Shown here piece by piece: positions 30,334 through 42,972 of a stretch of DNA of 64,000 nucleotides (the first letter of the stretch is position 1; the number at the start of each line of letters is the position of its first letter). This DNA comes from Roseibacillus sp. (GTDB taxonomy: Bacteria; Verrucomicrobiota; Verrucomicrobiia; Verrucomicrobiales; Akkermansiaceae): positions 224,001-288,000 of the forward strand of contig CBDEUM010000030.1 in NCBI GenBank assembly GCA_965242925.1. The letters run 5' to 3'. The notes beneath the pieces were generated by a model that saw nothing but the letters and a program-made list of their open reading frames with translations, did not search any database and was not told the DNA's origin. The translations under genes and the position numbers were made by a program.

Positions 30334-32424
30334 CTACTTCGTCTTGGCAGCCTTCTCCGCCTCAATCTTCCTGATCACCTCATCCGCAATGCCGCTTGGC
30401 GCGGCAGTGTAGTGGGAAAACTCCATTGAAAACTGGCCACGGCCCGAGGTCATGGTTCGCAGGTCCCCGATATATCCGAACATCTCGCCCAGCGGAGCCT
30501 CCGCCCTGATCCGGTTGCCGGTAGGCGCACGTTCTTGAGCGTGAATCATTCCGCGCCGACGGTTCAGATCTCCGATCACGTCTCCCACATTGTCCTCCGG
30601 TGTGAAGACGTCCAGTTTCATGATGGGCTCCAGGAGCCGGGGGGAAGCCTTTGGTATGGACTGGCGGTATGCCGCCTTGGCTGCCAGTTCGAAAGCCACC
30701 GCCGAGGAGTCCACCGAGTGATGTCCGCCGTCCAACAGGGTCACCTTGAAATCGAGGCAGGGAAACCCTGCCAGCACTCCCTTCTCCAGCGATTTCTTGA
30801 AGCCCTTCTTTACCGCCGGGATGAATTCCTTGGGCACGTTCCCGCCCACCACCTTGGACTCGAACTCGAATCCGGATCCCGACTCCAGCGGCTCCAGAAT
30901 ATAATCGATCTTGGCATACTGCCCCGAACCTCCGCTCTGCTTCTTATGCGTATAGGAGTCCTCGATCTGCTTTGTAATGGTCTCCCGGTAGGCTACCTGC
31001 GGAGCACCCACCACCGTTTCGACACCATAGGTGCGCTTGAGGATGTCCACCTTGATATCGAGGTGAAGCTCACCCATGCCCTTGAGCACAGTCTCACCGC
31101 TGTCCTGATCGGTCTCCACCCGGAAGGAGGGATCCTCCTTCATCATCTTCGCAAGAGCCCCACCCAGTTTATCGGCCTGACCCACTTCAGAGGGCTGAAC
31201 CGCCATCGAGATGACCGGGTCCGGGAAGACCATCGGTTCAAGGGTGGCCGGGTTCTTCTCATCGCACAAGGTGTGGCCCGTCTGCACGTTCTTGAGTCCC
31301 AGAAGGGCCACGATATCGCCGGCCTGGGCCCCCTCCAACTCCTTCCGGTCATCAGCGTGCATCTCCACGATCCGGCCCACCCGCTCGGTCTTGCCCGTGA
31401 AAGTATTGAGAATCATCGTGCCCTTCTGCAGGCGCCCGGAGTAAACCCGGGTGAAGGTAAGGGCGCCGTACTGGTCGTCCATGATCTTGAAGGCCAGGGC
31501 ACGCAGGGGGCGGTCGGGATCAACCACCGCCACTTCGCCTGTCTCGTTGCCGTCAATATCAACCTCGGGCTGGGGCGGAACCTCGGTCGGATCGGGAAGA
31601 TAATCGACCACTGCGTTCAGAACCAGCTGCACCCCTTTGTTCTTGAAGGCCGATCCGCAGAAAGTCGGGAAGAAGGACAGAGCGATGGTGCCTTTACGGA
31701 CAAGCCGCTTGAGGGTCTCCACATCCGGCTCCTCCCCTTCCAGATACTTCTCCATCACCTCGTCATCCTGCTCCACCGCCATTTCGATCAGTTCATTGCG
31801 GTAGTGCTCCACCTTCTCCACCATATCGGCCGGCGGGTCCTCGATCCGGAAACTTGTCGGATCCCCCGAATCGTCCCAGATCCATGCCTTCCTGGTGAGA
31901 AGATCAATCACTCCCGTGAACGTGTCCTCGACGCCAATGGGCAGAGTCATCACCATCGGATTTGCTGCTAACACATCCTTGATCTGCTCAATCACGCGGT
32001 AGAAATCGGCGCCAACCCGGTCCATCTTGTTCACCAGAATGAGACGGGCCACCGCCGATTCATTCGCGTAACGCCAGTTAGTCTCGGATTGGGGCTCCAC
32101 TCCACCAGATCCGCAAAAAACTCCGACGCCACCATCAAGCACCTTGAGCGAACGATAAACCTCGATGGTGAAGTCCACGTGCCCCGGAGTATCAATGATG
32201 TTCAGCTGGTGGTCGTTCCAGAAACAGGTGGTGGCCGCCGACTGAATCGTGATCCCCCGCTCCTGTTCCTGCTCCATGAAATCCGTGGTGGCAGCACCAT
32301 CGTGCACCTCCCCGATCTTGTGGATCTTCCCCGTGAGCTTGAGTATACGCTCCGTAGTCGTTGTCTTTCCCGCATCGACGTGCGCAAAAATGCCTATGTT
32401 CCGGTATTTCGAAAGGTCAGCCAT
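30334..32424 (-). CDS. fusA: Elongation factor G (stand-alone copy)
   Basis: [33 protein letters not shown] and [10 protein letters not shown] motifs. Confidence 0.96.
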   Translation of the reverse strand: MADLSKYRNIGIFAHVDAGKTTTTERILKLTGKIHKIGEVHDGAATTDFMEQEQERGITIQSAATTCFWNDHQLNIIDTPGHVDFTIEVYRSLKVLDGGVGVFCGSGGVEPQSETNWRYANESAVARLILVNKMDRVGADFYRVIEQIKDVLAANPMVMTLPIGVEDTFTGVIDLLTRKAWIWDDSGDPTSFRIEDPPADMVEKVEHYRNELIEMAVEQDDEVMEKYLEGEEPDVETLKRLVRKGTIALSFFPTFCGSAFKNKGVQLVLNAVVDYLPDPTEVPPQPEVDIDGNETGEVAVVDPDRPLRALAFKIMDDQYGALTFTRVYSGRLQKGTMILNTFTGKTERVGRIVEMHADDRKELEGAQAGDIVALLGLKNVQTGHTLCDEKNPATLEPMVFPDPVISMAVQPSEVGQADKLGGALAKMMKEDPSFRVETDQDSGETVLKGMGELHLDIKVDILKRTYGVETVVGAPQVAYRETITKQIEDSYTHKKQSGGSGQYAKIDYILEPLESGSGFEFESKVVGGNVPKEFIPAVKKGFKKSLEKGVLAGFPCLDFKVTLLDGGHHSVDSSAVAFELAAKAAYRQSIPKASPRLLEPIMKLDVFTPEDNVGDVIGDLNRRRGMIHAQERAPTGNRIRAEAPLGEMFGYIGDLRTMTSGRGQFSMEFSHYTAAPSGIADEVIRKIEAEKAAKTK

Positions 32425-32657
32425 GGTTGAAATTTGGGTTGGCTAAAGCTTTGCAGGCGCCGTGTCTGCCTCAACTTCCCTGAAAAGTCGAGACTTGAGA
32501 CACAAATTAGACCTGTTTTTGCGGGAAACACGGAAGTTTTACAGTCCTTTGCTCCTTCATATAGGTTCAGATAGGCAAACTAAGCTGCACTTTAGACCGG
32601 AGTTTCCTTCGTCTACAAAGGGAGATTCCTGCCCTTGCAAACCGCCCCGTTTGCTCC

Positions 32658-33530
32658 TCAGCGTTTGTCTTCCGCGAACCTGAAGGGCTTGCCGCCGACC
32701 AGGTCGTCACTCGTGAAGGTGGGACACCAGTAGCGTTCCACGTGCCTCACCACCAAGCCGGTGCCCGAGAAGTGATCCACCCCCGGAGGTCGTTGAGGAT
32801 TGTACATCGTGTCCGTCATGTCACGCATAAGGGCCACGTTTTTCCCTACTTTTACCATCTGCCGAATCCCGAAGGGCCGCCCCAGCACACACATGTTGAG
32901 GTGCACTCCACAGAGGATCACGTTATCGATCTTCTTTGCCGCGAGAAGATTATAGGTCTCCTGACCATTATCCGTAATAGCATCGCCCTTCAGGATCTCG
33001 ATGCTCTTGATCTGCCTCGTCCACGCTTCGCGGATCTCGCACTTGGGTTCCTCGCAGCTGCATCCCATGTCCGAGTCATCAATGGGCAGCACCCCCTCGA
33101 AAGCCGGGTCGGGCCAGCACCACTTGGTTCCCCAGCGATCCTTGGCACTCAACTTCACCGGGGCCTTCGTGAAGGGAGCTTTTCGTGCATACTGGCGCTG
33201 CGGCGCGGTCTTGTAAAAGTCCACCACGCTACTGGGCGCATGAATGATGAAGATTCCCTTCGAGCGTGCCTTCTTGACCACCTCATTCATCGGTCCGCCC
33301 ATCTCACCCACCCGGCGTGCCGCCGACTTGCACCAGTGATCATCCCACATGTCACAGATGATCAAAGCTGTCTTTGACGCCTCCCAATCAACCTTTTTCA
33401 TGACTGCCGTCCCGGGTGCATCCTTTGTTCGTGACCGCATGGTGAGGCTCAACATCTGATCAGCCATAATCGAAGTGGGAAGAAGCGCCAGAAGGAGAAA
33501 TACAGGAGCCCTGCTCATCGACGTTTCCAT
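32658..33530 (-). CDS. Secreted isochorismatase/cysteine hydrolase family protein
   Basis: Signal peptide; TALIICDMWDDHWC and GVHLNMCV. Confidence 0.8.
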   Translation of the reverse strand: METSMSRAPVFLLLALLPTSIMADQMLSLTMRSRTKDAPGTAVMKKVDWEASKTALIICDMWDDHWCKSAARRVGEMGGPMNEVVKKARSKGIFIIHAPSSVVDFYKTAPQRQYARKAPFTKAPVKLSAKDRWGTKWCWPDPAFEGVLPIDDSDMGCSCEEPKCEIREAWTRQIKSIEILKGDAITDNGQETYNLLAAKKIDNVILCGVHLNMCVLGRPFGIRQMVKVGKNVALMRDMTDTMYNPQRPPGVDHFSGTGLVVRHVERYWCPTFTSDDLVGGKPFRFAEDKR

Positions 33531-33536
33531 GATCCA

Positions 33537-33565
33537 ACGCTAGGGAATCCAGGCCATACCCGCAA
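33537..33565 (-). promoter_or_regulatory. Sigma70-like promoter (leaderless if ATG 33530 is the start)
   Basis: TTGCGG-17 nt-TAGCGT, 6 nt before the ATG. Confidence 0.55.
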
Positions 33566-33828
33566 CGCTGAATCCTCACTTGAGGAATCTGCGGGACTCA
33601 ATGCCGGGAATGAGTGAGAAGTGCACGAGCACAATCCGCCAAGATCCTTCGATATTCTGAGAGGCTCTGGTCCTCCTAATGTTTACCTGGCTAAGCCTTT
33701 TTGCTCTCTTCTTCTCCCGGATTCGGCTGCAGCCCCCGTTTCCCAAAAACCATCAGGAGAACTCCACAAGAATCCGCTCCCTCCATGATCGCCCCTTACT
33801 CCCGGAATCCGGCGCCCGCGAACACTGG

Positions 33829-35295
33829 CTACGCAAGCACGCCATTGATCACCTTGCCGTGCACGTCGGTGAGGCTCTCCTTTCTTCCCTGGTGAAAGTA
33901 GGTCAGCAACTCGTGGTCAATTCCCATGAGGTGAAGAATGGTGGCGTGGATGTCATGCACATGGACGGGGTCGACCACCGCTTCAAAGCCGAATTCATCG
34001 GTCTCGCCATAGGCCGTCCCCCCCCTGATCCCAGCCCCCGCCATCCACATGGAAAAGCCGTAGGGGTTGTGATTCCGTCCCGGGGCATCCTTTCCTTCAC
34101 TGAAGGGCATCCGTCCGAATTCTCCACCCCACACCACCAGCGTCTCATCCAATAGTCCACGTTGCTCAAGATCACCCAGGAGGGCCGCGATGGGTTGATC
34201 AATCTCCGCTCCGTGCAACCCGTGATTCTTCTCAATCGATTCGTGTGCGTCCCAGGTCTCTTCCAGATGACCGCCCCCGGAGTACAGCTGCACGAACCGC
34301 ACACCCCGCTCCACCAGTCTCCGGGCTACCAGGCAATTGCGCCCAAACTCATCTGTAGGCGCTTTCCCCAGCCCGTAAGTCTCCTTCGTCTGTTCAGACT
34401 CCTGATCCAGGGCCACCGCCTGGGGTGCCTCCGCCTGCATGCGATAGGCCAGCTCGTAAGTTTGAATTCGCGCTGCAAGCTCGGATCCGCCCGGCCGGTC
34501 CTTCAGATGATCCGCGTTGAGTGCACCAAGAAAATCGAGCTGATTGCGCTGGGATTCCCGATCTAGATGCGCAGGCCCTTCCAGGTCCAGCACCGGGCTT
34601 CCCGTGGGACGAAACAACGTTCCCTGGTATGTTGCCGGCATGAACCCGCTTGACCAGTTGGGTTGTCCGCTGATCGGCCCCCCCCGTTTGTCGAGAATGA
34701 CGACGTGCGCCGGCAGACTGTCATTTTCGGAGCCTAGTCCGTAAGCAACCCAGGCGCCCATCGAGGGTCTCCCGATCTGGGGCATGCCCGTATTCATCTG
34801 CACCAGGGCTGATCCGTGAGCATGGCTGTCAGCATGACAGGAACGGATGACCGCCAATTTGTCGGCGTGTTCACGCAGACGGGGAAAGTAGTCGGATATC
34901 AACAGGCCGCTCTGTCCGCCCGGATGGAATTCACGCCAGTTGGGAGTGAGAAAACCCACCCGGCGGCCACCCGAATTGATGTAGTTCCTGTCCGGAGGGA
35001 GGTTCTTTCCCGCGTGCCTTCGCAACTCAGGCTTGTAGTCGAACGTATCCACCTGACTGGGGCCCCCATTCATCATGAGAAAAATGCAGGCCTTGGCTCT
35101 TGGCGGGGAAATGGCCGGGCCTGGAAGCCAGTGAGTCGGGGAGCCACGGCAGCCCCCGCGTGCCTCGCAAAGAATCCGCTCCCGGCCAGAAGGGAAGTGA
35201 GCGCCACTCCCGTGAACCCGCCGCCCATCTCCCACACGAACTCACGCCGGGTGAGCCCGCAGGGATAACCACTCTGCTCGTCGCCTAGTCGACAT
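33829..35295 (-). CDS. DUF1501-family Tat-exported protein, with frameshifts in the N-terminal ~200 nt
   Basis: [14 protein letters not shown] (Tat-like) in one frame, HFPAK in a second, and [23 protein letters not shown]...WGGEFGRMP...GRNHNP in a third. Confidence 0.85.
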
Positions 35296-37894
35296 GAAGA
35301 AACTCGTTGGTGTTGAGCAGCACGTGGCAGACCGAGGCGAGCGAGAGGAACTCCGGTGTGCGCTCCCCACCCGGACGGCTCTCCTCGGAAATTGCGATGG
35401 AGTACTTTCCTCCAAGCACCCCGCTCACCGCCCGCAACTCAGTTTCTCTCAATTGCCGGTCATAAATCAGGATCTCTGCGAGGTCCCCTCTCCAGTATTC
35501 TCCATCAATGTTCCCCTGCTGTCCGATGACATACGATCCGTCGAGTCTGCGAGACGACAACGCGGACGGGCGGGAACCGATAAGGAGTCCGTTGTGCAGG
35601 ATTCTGATCCCCTCCAACCCGGTGGAAGCGGCTACTACGAAGGCCTCCCCTGGCCGGTCGATCCCTGCCTCACTGCTAAAATCATCCGAAAAGCGAACCG
35701 TTCCCTTTCCTGTCAGCCCAAGAAACAACGAGGTGCCCGAGTTGCCGCCCTTGCCGTTCCAATTGGAGAAGATCCCACGATGAGAGGTTAAGCCGCTCCG
35801 GTCGCTTGCCACCGCCAGGATGGTATTGGACTGCGAACTCACAACCTCGCCCACAAGTCGGAGAAATTCCCGTTTTCCACTAAAGCGTACGGCCGGATGT
35901 CCGCCTATCGCCTCCCTGATCAGGCGAGGACGACGATCCTCCTCTTCCTGATGCGCGTAATGGGCTTCCCCTGATCCATTCCGCCAACTTCTCACTTGCC
36001 CTTCCGAACCCGTGGTCAGCCCCCGATCCGCCGCAAGCCACAAGACAAGCCCCTCGACCGGAATCCTGGCAACAACGGGCTCACTCCCCTGCGCCCTCTG
36101 GAACCTTTCCCTCTGTCTGGCGTAATGCCGTGCGGCCAGATCAAGCTCCGACTCCCTGGGTTCCCGGGTCAGGACTCTCCGCCATGCCTCGCAAATCGCC
36201 TCCCTTTCATTCGGCTCCTTCGCAAGGATGCTCCTTGCCAATCCTTCACTACGGGAATGCACGAACCGGTTGTTCAACATCGCAAGAGCCTGAGGCACCA
36301 CCGTGGTAACATCGCGGCGGCCACACGGCTTCTCGCTGTTCGGAAAATCAAACACGGTCATGAGAGGCAGCAGCAGATGCCGCTTGCTTACCATATAAAT
36401 GCTCCTCCGCTGCCGTTCTTCGGGAGAGGAAGGCTTCCACGCCTTGCTCTTCCGCGAAAATCCCTCCAGCACTTCCGGGGACATCAGAGGATAGAAGCTC
36501 GGCCCCCCCATCTTGAGATTCAACTCACCGGAGGCAGCCAACATGGAATCCCGCAACGCTTCTGCGTCCATCCGGCGTCTATTCTGTTTCCACAGTGCCC
36601 TGTTAGCCGCATCCCGTCGGGAGTAGGCTTCCTCCCTCGGGTGTAGCGAAGATTGCCGGTATGTCTTCGAGAGGACGATTTGCCGGATGAGTGGCTTGAT
36701 CCTCCACCCATTCTCCACGAATTCCCCAGCCAGCCAGTTGAGGAGATTCGGATGACTGGGAGGATCTGCCTTCACCCCGAAATTGTTAGGTGTCCCGACG
36801 ATTCCCCGCCCAAAGAGAGCCTGCCAGATCCGGTTCACCATCACGCGAGCGGTAAGAGGATTTCGTCGATCGACGATGAACTCGGCCAATTGCGCCCGAC
36901 GTTGTGTGGTTTTCGCCTCCGGTTGCGGATTTATCATCGGCATGTCCAATACGGGCACCAGCGAGAGCACACCGGGTTGCACGACTTGAGCCTTCCTGTG
37001 CAACTCCCCGTTCTCCAGCAGATGAAGCGGCGGCGGTTTCTTCCGGATATCGGTCCATCCGAACACTGCCTTTACGCCCAGTTCCTGCTCGTTGGGACCT
37101 CCCATCAAAGCACTGTCGCGCGGCTCTATCGCGCCGGGCCAGAACGCGGCCGCCATGCGATAGTAGTCGCGCTGGGGAATAGGATCGAACTTGTGATCGT
37201 GACACCGCGCACACTTCACGGTGACCCCGAGAAAGGCCTTACTCACCACGTCCACCATATCCTCCAGTCGCTCGAACTTATAGTCCTGCGGGATCATTCG
37301 GTTCGTCATTCCATGTCCCCGCCCGCAACATGCCAGTTGCGATCACGGACAACTCGGTTCGCTCCATCATCTCATCCCCGCTAACTGTTCACACACGAAC
37401 CGGTCATAGGGCATATCCTCATTAAATGCCTGAATGACCCAATCACGATACTTCCAGATGTTTGGCTTCAACGCATCACGCTCGTAGCCATTGGTTTCGG
37501 CGTAACGCACTACGTCGAGCCAGTGTCGAGCCCCAGCGTTCCCCGAAATGAGGAGAGGACAGGAGATGATCAACCAGAGTCATATAGGCTTCCAGCGACT
37601 GGTCCGCCTCAAAAGCGTTGCAACCTCCTGCAAGGTCGGGGGGATTCCAATCAGATCAAAGTACAGGCGCCGGATCAGAGTTCCCCGCTCCGCGCGGGGC
37701 GCCGGATCCATGTCCTCCTTCGCCAAGCGTAACCGCACAAAGGCATCAACCGCACCCAACTCCTCCTGCCCCTCCACGGAAGGCGGCACCGGTCGCACTA
37801 CCGGCTGAAAGGCCCACCAATCCAGCCCTGCGCGCTCCTCTTCCGCGAACGTTGCAACGGAGAACAGGATGACGACCGGAATGAGCCGACGCAT
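35285..37894 (-). pseudogene. DUF1549/DUF1553 (PSD1-like) protein with an inserted LamG-like domain; about 4 frameshifts (assembly error or decay)
   Basis: Segments WWAFQP...[62 protein letters not shown] and [11 protein letters not shown] are spread over several frames. Confidence 0.75.
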
Positions 37895-37967
37895 TCGAAG
37901 GATTAAAATCCCTCAGATCATTGATTGCCAGCCAAATTCCGCCCGATCCGCATGCACCCCTCTCCCT

Positions 37968-40900
37968 CTAATCCGGCTCTCCCCATCCGCCGCCACCCGG
38001 CGTCTCGATCCGGAGGCGCTCTCCCGAGCGCACCTCGAAACTGTGAACTGCGGGCAGGATCTCGCTTGATCCATCCGGGCGGATGAGCACCTGCCGACCG
38101 AGAACTCCATCCCCTCCACCTTCCGCTCCCCGGGGTGCCGTCTCGCGGCGCTGGGTCAGGAGCGAGACCGTCATGGGTTCGATAAATTCGATGTCACGCA
38201 AGAGACCGTCGCCACCAGCGCCACCTCCCCTCTCCGCCCGAGCCGCGGCGGAGCGAAAACTCCCGCAGTCGGACCGGAAAACGATGCTCAAGGATCTCAG
38301 GATCGGTAATGGCGGTGTTGCTCATGTGCACGTGCGTTCCGCTCAAACCCTTCCAACCTGGACCGGCACCGGAGCCTCCCCCGATGGTCTCGTAATAACC
38401 AAAATCTTCGTTGCCGAAGAGAACATTGTTCATGGTCCCCTGACTGTTGGCCTGCACGCCGAGGGCCTCTAACAAAACATCGACCACTCGTTGGCTGGTT
38501 TCCACGTTACCGCCCACCACGGCCGGGCAGCATGAGGGATCATCGGGGAATTCCGGATTCAGGATCCCGGGTGGAATCTCGATCTGAACCCCCTCGAGGA
38601 GACCTTCGTTCAACGGGAGATCGAGGGCCACCCAGGCCCGCAGCACATAAAGAACCGCGCTGCGCACAATCGATGGGGTTGCGTTCAGGTTTCCCGGATG
38701 CACCGGCCCCGACCCCGCAAAGTCGATGTGAAGACAACCCGTCATGCTCGTGATTTTCACCTCGATGACCGTGCCGTCATCGAGGGAGTCGGCGGCCCTC
38801 CAGGTGCGCTCACCCAGTTCCTGCAACTTGTCCGCCATGACCGCCGCAGCACGTTCATAAAGGCGCACCATGTTTCGAATCACCGTCTCTTGGCCCGCGT
38901 CTGCCACGAGAGACTGCACGGCTTTGACACCATGGCGATTGGCAGCGGCCTGTGCGGCAAGGTCAGCGAGATTGTCGGACAGCATGCGACTGGGACAGGC
39001 GGCGGATTGGAAGAGGTCCTTCACCTCCGCGAAGCGATCCCTGCCTCCCTCGAACAGGAGAACCGGCGCAATCACAACTCCCTCCTCCTCAAGTGAAGTA
39101 GCCTCCGCCGGCATGGACCCGGGAGTGCGGCCTCCGATCTCGGCATGATGCGCCCGGTTAGCGACAAAGGCAACGAGGGCTCCCTCCGAAAACACGGGAC
39201 TGATAAGCGTGACATCGGGAAGATGGGATCCGCCAAAGCCGGGATGATTCACCGCTACCATATCGCCCTCCTGCCAGGCATGACCCCGGCTCACCTTCCG
39301 CACGCACTCGCCCAGAGCACCGAGATGCACCGGGATGTGGGGAGCATTGACGACCAGGCGCCCCTCCCCGTCCAGCAGGGCACAGGAATAGTCGAGGCGC
39401 TCCTTCACATTGGTGGAGATCGCGGAACGCCGCAGGAGTTCTCCCATTTCCTCCACCACGCTCTCGAACCGGCAGCGGAACAGTTCAGCTTCCACCTCAG
39501 GAGCCCACTCTGCCGATCGCCGCGGTTCGGCCACGCGAGCCAGCTTCAGACTCCCCTTTGAGCCCTGCGTGAATCGCCAGCCCGGCTCAACGACGCAGGT
39601 GCGAAATGAATCCTGTCGCACTCCCCGTCTCTCCGCCACCTCCTCCGGTTCCGCAAACTCCTCGATTTCCTGCTCCTCGAGCGGCCCGGCGGCCACCACC
39701 CGCACCGCAACAACCTCCACCTCGCGATCCCGGGGAACCCCATACCCGTAGAGCACCTCATACTTGGCGTGAAACGCAGCCCGGACCTCGTCGAGAGTCG
39801 GCGCCACCTCGTACTCCAGCTCCAGCGAGGAGTCCTGTCCCCAGAGCCTCAACTCACACAGGTAGCGCGAAACCTCCGCGGTCTCTCCTACCTCGTCCCG
39901 CGCTTCACCGGCTAGCTCACAGAGCAAACCGGACCAGCCCCGCTCAAGATCCCCGCACTTTCGCAGAATCTGTCGCTCTGCAATACTCTCTCGCACAGAT
40001 CGATGCAGCCCCCAGGCACTCAGCAGACCGGCATCACCCGGCACCAGGATCTCACTGATTCCCAGTTTTTCAGCCACCGCACAGGCGTGCTGGGGCCCCG
40101 CTCCCCCGAAGGCCACCAAGAGGTAGTCGCCCGGATCATAACCCTCTCGCAGGGAAACCTTTCGGATCGCCTCCGCCATGCGCTCCACTGCGATCTCCCG
40201 GAGTCCTTCCAACAAGTCTTGATCCGGTGCGAGCTCCACCCCGTCTCGCTGCATCTGCTTCTTCAACGACTCAAACCGGTCCTGCGAGGCTCCCACTTCC
40301 AGCGGGATTCCCGCCTTGCCGGTCTCCATACATCCGAGCAGCAGGTTGACATCGGTGATGGTGAGCGGGCCACCCCTTCCATAGCAGGCTGGCCCCGGAT
40401 CGGCCCCGGCGCTCTCCGGTCCAACCTCCATCCCTCCGTTGCGCCAACGACAGATCGACCCCCCTCCTGCCGCCACTGTTTCAATCCGAACAGCCGGGGC
40501 GACAACCCGCACCGGCCCGATGGCCTGCTCATAGCGGAAGGAAGGTGCTCCCTCGAGTCGCGCCACATCCGTACTGGTCCCTCCCATGTCGAAAGCGAGG
40601 ATGCGCTCATGCCCGGCCGCCCGGGACGCCGAGAGGGCCCCCACCACTCCCCCAGCCGGTCCACTCAGGAGGCTGTCGACCGGGCGGTAGTCTTTCGCTT
40701 CCTTGAGAAATCCGGCACTTGTCAGCAACTCCAGGGAACCCTCTCCCAGGCGCGATCCCACTGCCGCCACAAATCGATCCATGACCGGAGCAAGGTAGGC
40801 ATTGGCGGCTGCGGTTTCCGCTCGCGGAAGGAACCGCATCCTGCTGGCAAGCTCAGTCGATAGCGAAACAAAGCGAATCCCTGCCTCGCGTAGAAGTTTT

Positions 40901-41637
40901 CCCAGTCGCTTCTCATGCACGGGATTGGCGTAGCTATTCAAAAGGGCAACCGCTACCACCTCAACCGCCTCGTGATGCAGGCACTCAATCAACATCGCGA
41001 CCTCTTCTTCATCGAGATGTTCGATGACCTTTCCCGTCGCGCTGATGCGCTCCCGGATGCCGATGGCACGCTGGAAGACCGGCACGGGGAGCTCCTGATC
41101 GAGTTTGAAGAGATGAGGCCGTCGTTGATCACGGATACGCAGGAGGTCCTCGAACCCCTCGGTGACAATCAAAACGCCTTCACTTCCTCTCCGTTCAAGC
41201 AGGGCATTCGTTGCACGGGTAGTGGCGAGCCTGAAGTCAATGATGGGGAAGGGGCTGCCCAGAGGAGTGGAGGTCAGGAGCCTCGCAGCCAGGACCGGAG
41301 CTTCCTCTCCAGTGAAAAGATCCAGCAACTCTCCCTCCGCAAAGGTTCGCCCCCCCTCAACCGTGAGGAGTCGTCCTTTACGCCGCCATCTGGAGACCAC
41401 TCCTCCACCATGGATTGCAAAATCCTGCAACAAGCCATCCTCGACACCGAAGTCACCTGCGAGCCGATAGCATCCTGTGCCAATCCGTTCCTCCACCCGC
41501 GTCCGCAGGACCCCGCTGGAGAGCACCTTGCAACGCCGTTCCTCCCCCTCCGGACTCCGGGCCCAGCCATCGGTAAAAGTTCCCCCCGTATCCACTCGTA
41601 GCAACCAGGGCGGATCTGGGGCAGGCGGGGAGTTCAT
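37968..41637 (-). CDS. Fused hydantoinase A/B (5-oxoprolinase-type ATP-dependent lactamase); frameshift near 38217
   Basis: [48 protein letters not shown] and GGNVETSQR; the C-terminal TPGGGGWG is in the adjacent frame. Confidence 0.9.
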
Positions 41638-41891
41638 CAGACAAAAAGCACAGCCACCGACTCCGGAGCGGATCGCGGCGACTCGGACCGATCATCGGAA
41701 CATTTGCCAGGCACGCAATGATCCATTGCCCCTCTCCACCCTGGCAGGGTCGCAGGGTTCCTCGAGAGCTCACAATGAAACCGCGGCAGGGCCCTGAAGG
41801 ACAAATCACTGATCTGCCGCCTACCCTGAGCCGCTACCACCCTCACCAACCGGATCGCGGCCCCTCTCACCAGGCCCCTCGTCGCTCCTCC

Positions 41892-42830
41892 TCAAAGTTT
41901 ATCCAGCTCGCGGGCGCATATGATGAGCGTCTCACGCACCCCCGGGAAATACTTACCCTTGCGCAGAATAGCCAGCGAGGTCCCCTTGAATTCAAGAAAA
42001 TCGACCAAGCCTTGAGAACAACTCATCACAATCGATTCCCCCTCCCGCAGACCCAGTTTGGAAGTGCACTCCTGCAGGATTTGGAGAGCCTCCACCTCCT
42101 TGGAGTTGATCTTGGTAACGTTGAGAATACCCGGCAATCCGCGCACACGCTGCATGATTTCCTGATAGCTCAACTCGTGATCAACTCCGAAAATTGCCCG
42201 CAGCTCCAGCTGCTTGGTTTCGCCCGTTATCGATTCCTCAGCCTCCGGTTGCTCCGGATTGGAAGACCCCTCATTCTCCGGCTGCTGTGACGGCTCCGGG
42301 AGGGGAGCCGTCTTGCTCCCTGTCCCGGTCGGGGCGGAAAAATCCCCGGTCCGGGTGTCCTCCGCTGGGGAAGAAGCGCCCGCGTCGGCCTTCTCCGGAT
42401 CCTCCCTGACCTGCGGCAGGTCCATTCCCACAAAGGGATCCGCCACGGGCGACGGTGCTGCCTCCTGCTGCTCCGGAGATTCGGGTTGGGAATTCATCTG
42501 GATGGGAGCCGCCTCCAATTGCTGCACCGGCGCCGGGCCTGGTGGGAACCCTTTCATCGGGAATCCACCTCCTGCCTGCTTCTGCTGCTGGAGAATCTGG
42601 CCTTCGGCAATCTCGAAGGGATTGGCAGTAGTCGGGTGTTGCTCGCAATAGGGTTGGGTGTGCTCCAGCGCCTGTTGGCCGACTGCCTCAAATGGCGAAG
42701 GCGAAGAAGCCTGGTCTTCTCCGTTTCCCCCTGCGATTTGAAAGGGATTCTGCAGATCCGGCAATCCCCCGGCCGGACTGCTCACGGGACCGGAACCAAA
42801 GGGATTGAGAGGAGGATTGGAGTGAGACAT
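41892..42830 (-). CDS. Hypothetical protein: disordered P/Q/E-rich N-terminus with NPF motifs and a compact alpha/beta C-terminal domain
   Basis: 312-aa ORF with its own promoter-like element (TTTACA-17-TAATTT, 42852-42880). Confidence 0.8.
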   Translation of the reverse strand: MSHSNPPLNPFGSGPVSSPAGGLPDLQNPFQIAGGNGEDQASSPSPFEAVGQQALEHTQPYCEQHPTTANPFEIAEGQILQQQKQAGGGFPMKGFPPGPAPVQQLEAAPIQMNSQPESPEQQEAAPSPVADPFVGMDLPQVREDPEKADAGASSPAEDTRTGDFSAPTGTGSKTAPLPEPSQQPENEGSSNPEQPEAEESITGETKQLELRAIFGVDHELSYQEIMQRVRGLPGILNVTKINSKEVEALQILQECTSKLGLREGESIVMSCSQGLVDFLEFKGTSLAILRKGKYFPGVRETLIICARELDKL

Positions 42831-42972
42831 GATTCGATTATGATTAACTTCAAATTAAGCGGGCTATCTCCTGTTGTAAACCTAAATCCGTCCGCCTCCC
42901 CTGGGCATCCAGACGGCGAAGCCCCTCCCCCCCGGGTCCAGAGAACGGGACGAGATGACATCAGGGAAACTT

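Noticed and set aside
30535..31971. Long antisense ORFs (also 4770-5834, 15217-16317, 20833-21909, 47940-49181, 58460-59608)
   Set aside because: They mirror well-conserved genes on the opposite strand, as expected from high-GC codon bias, and have no motifs of their own.
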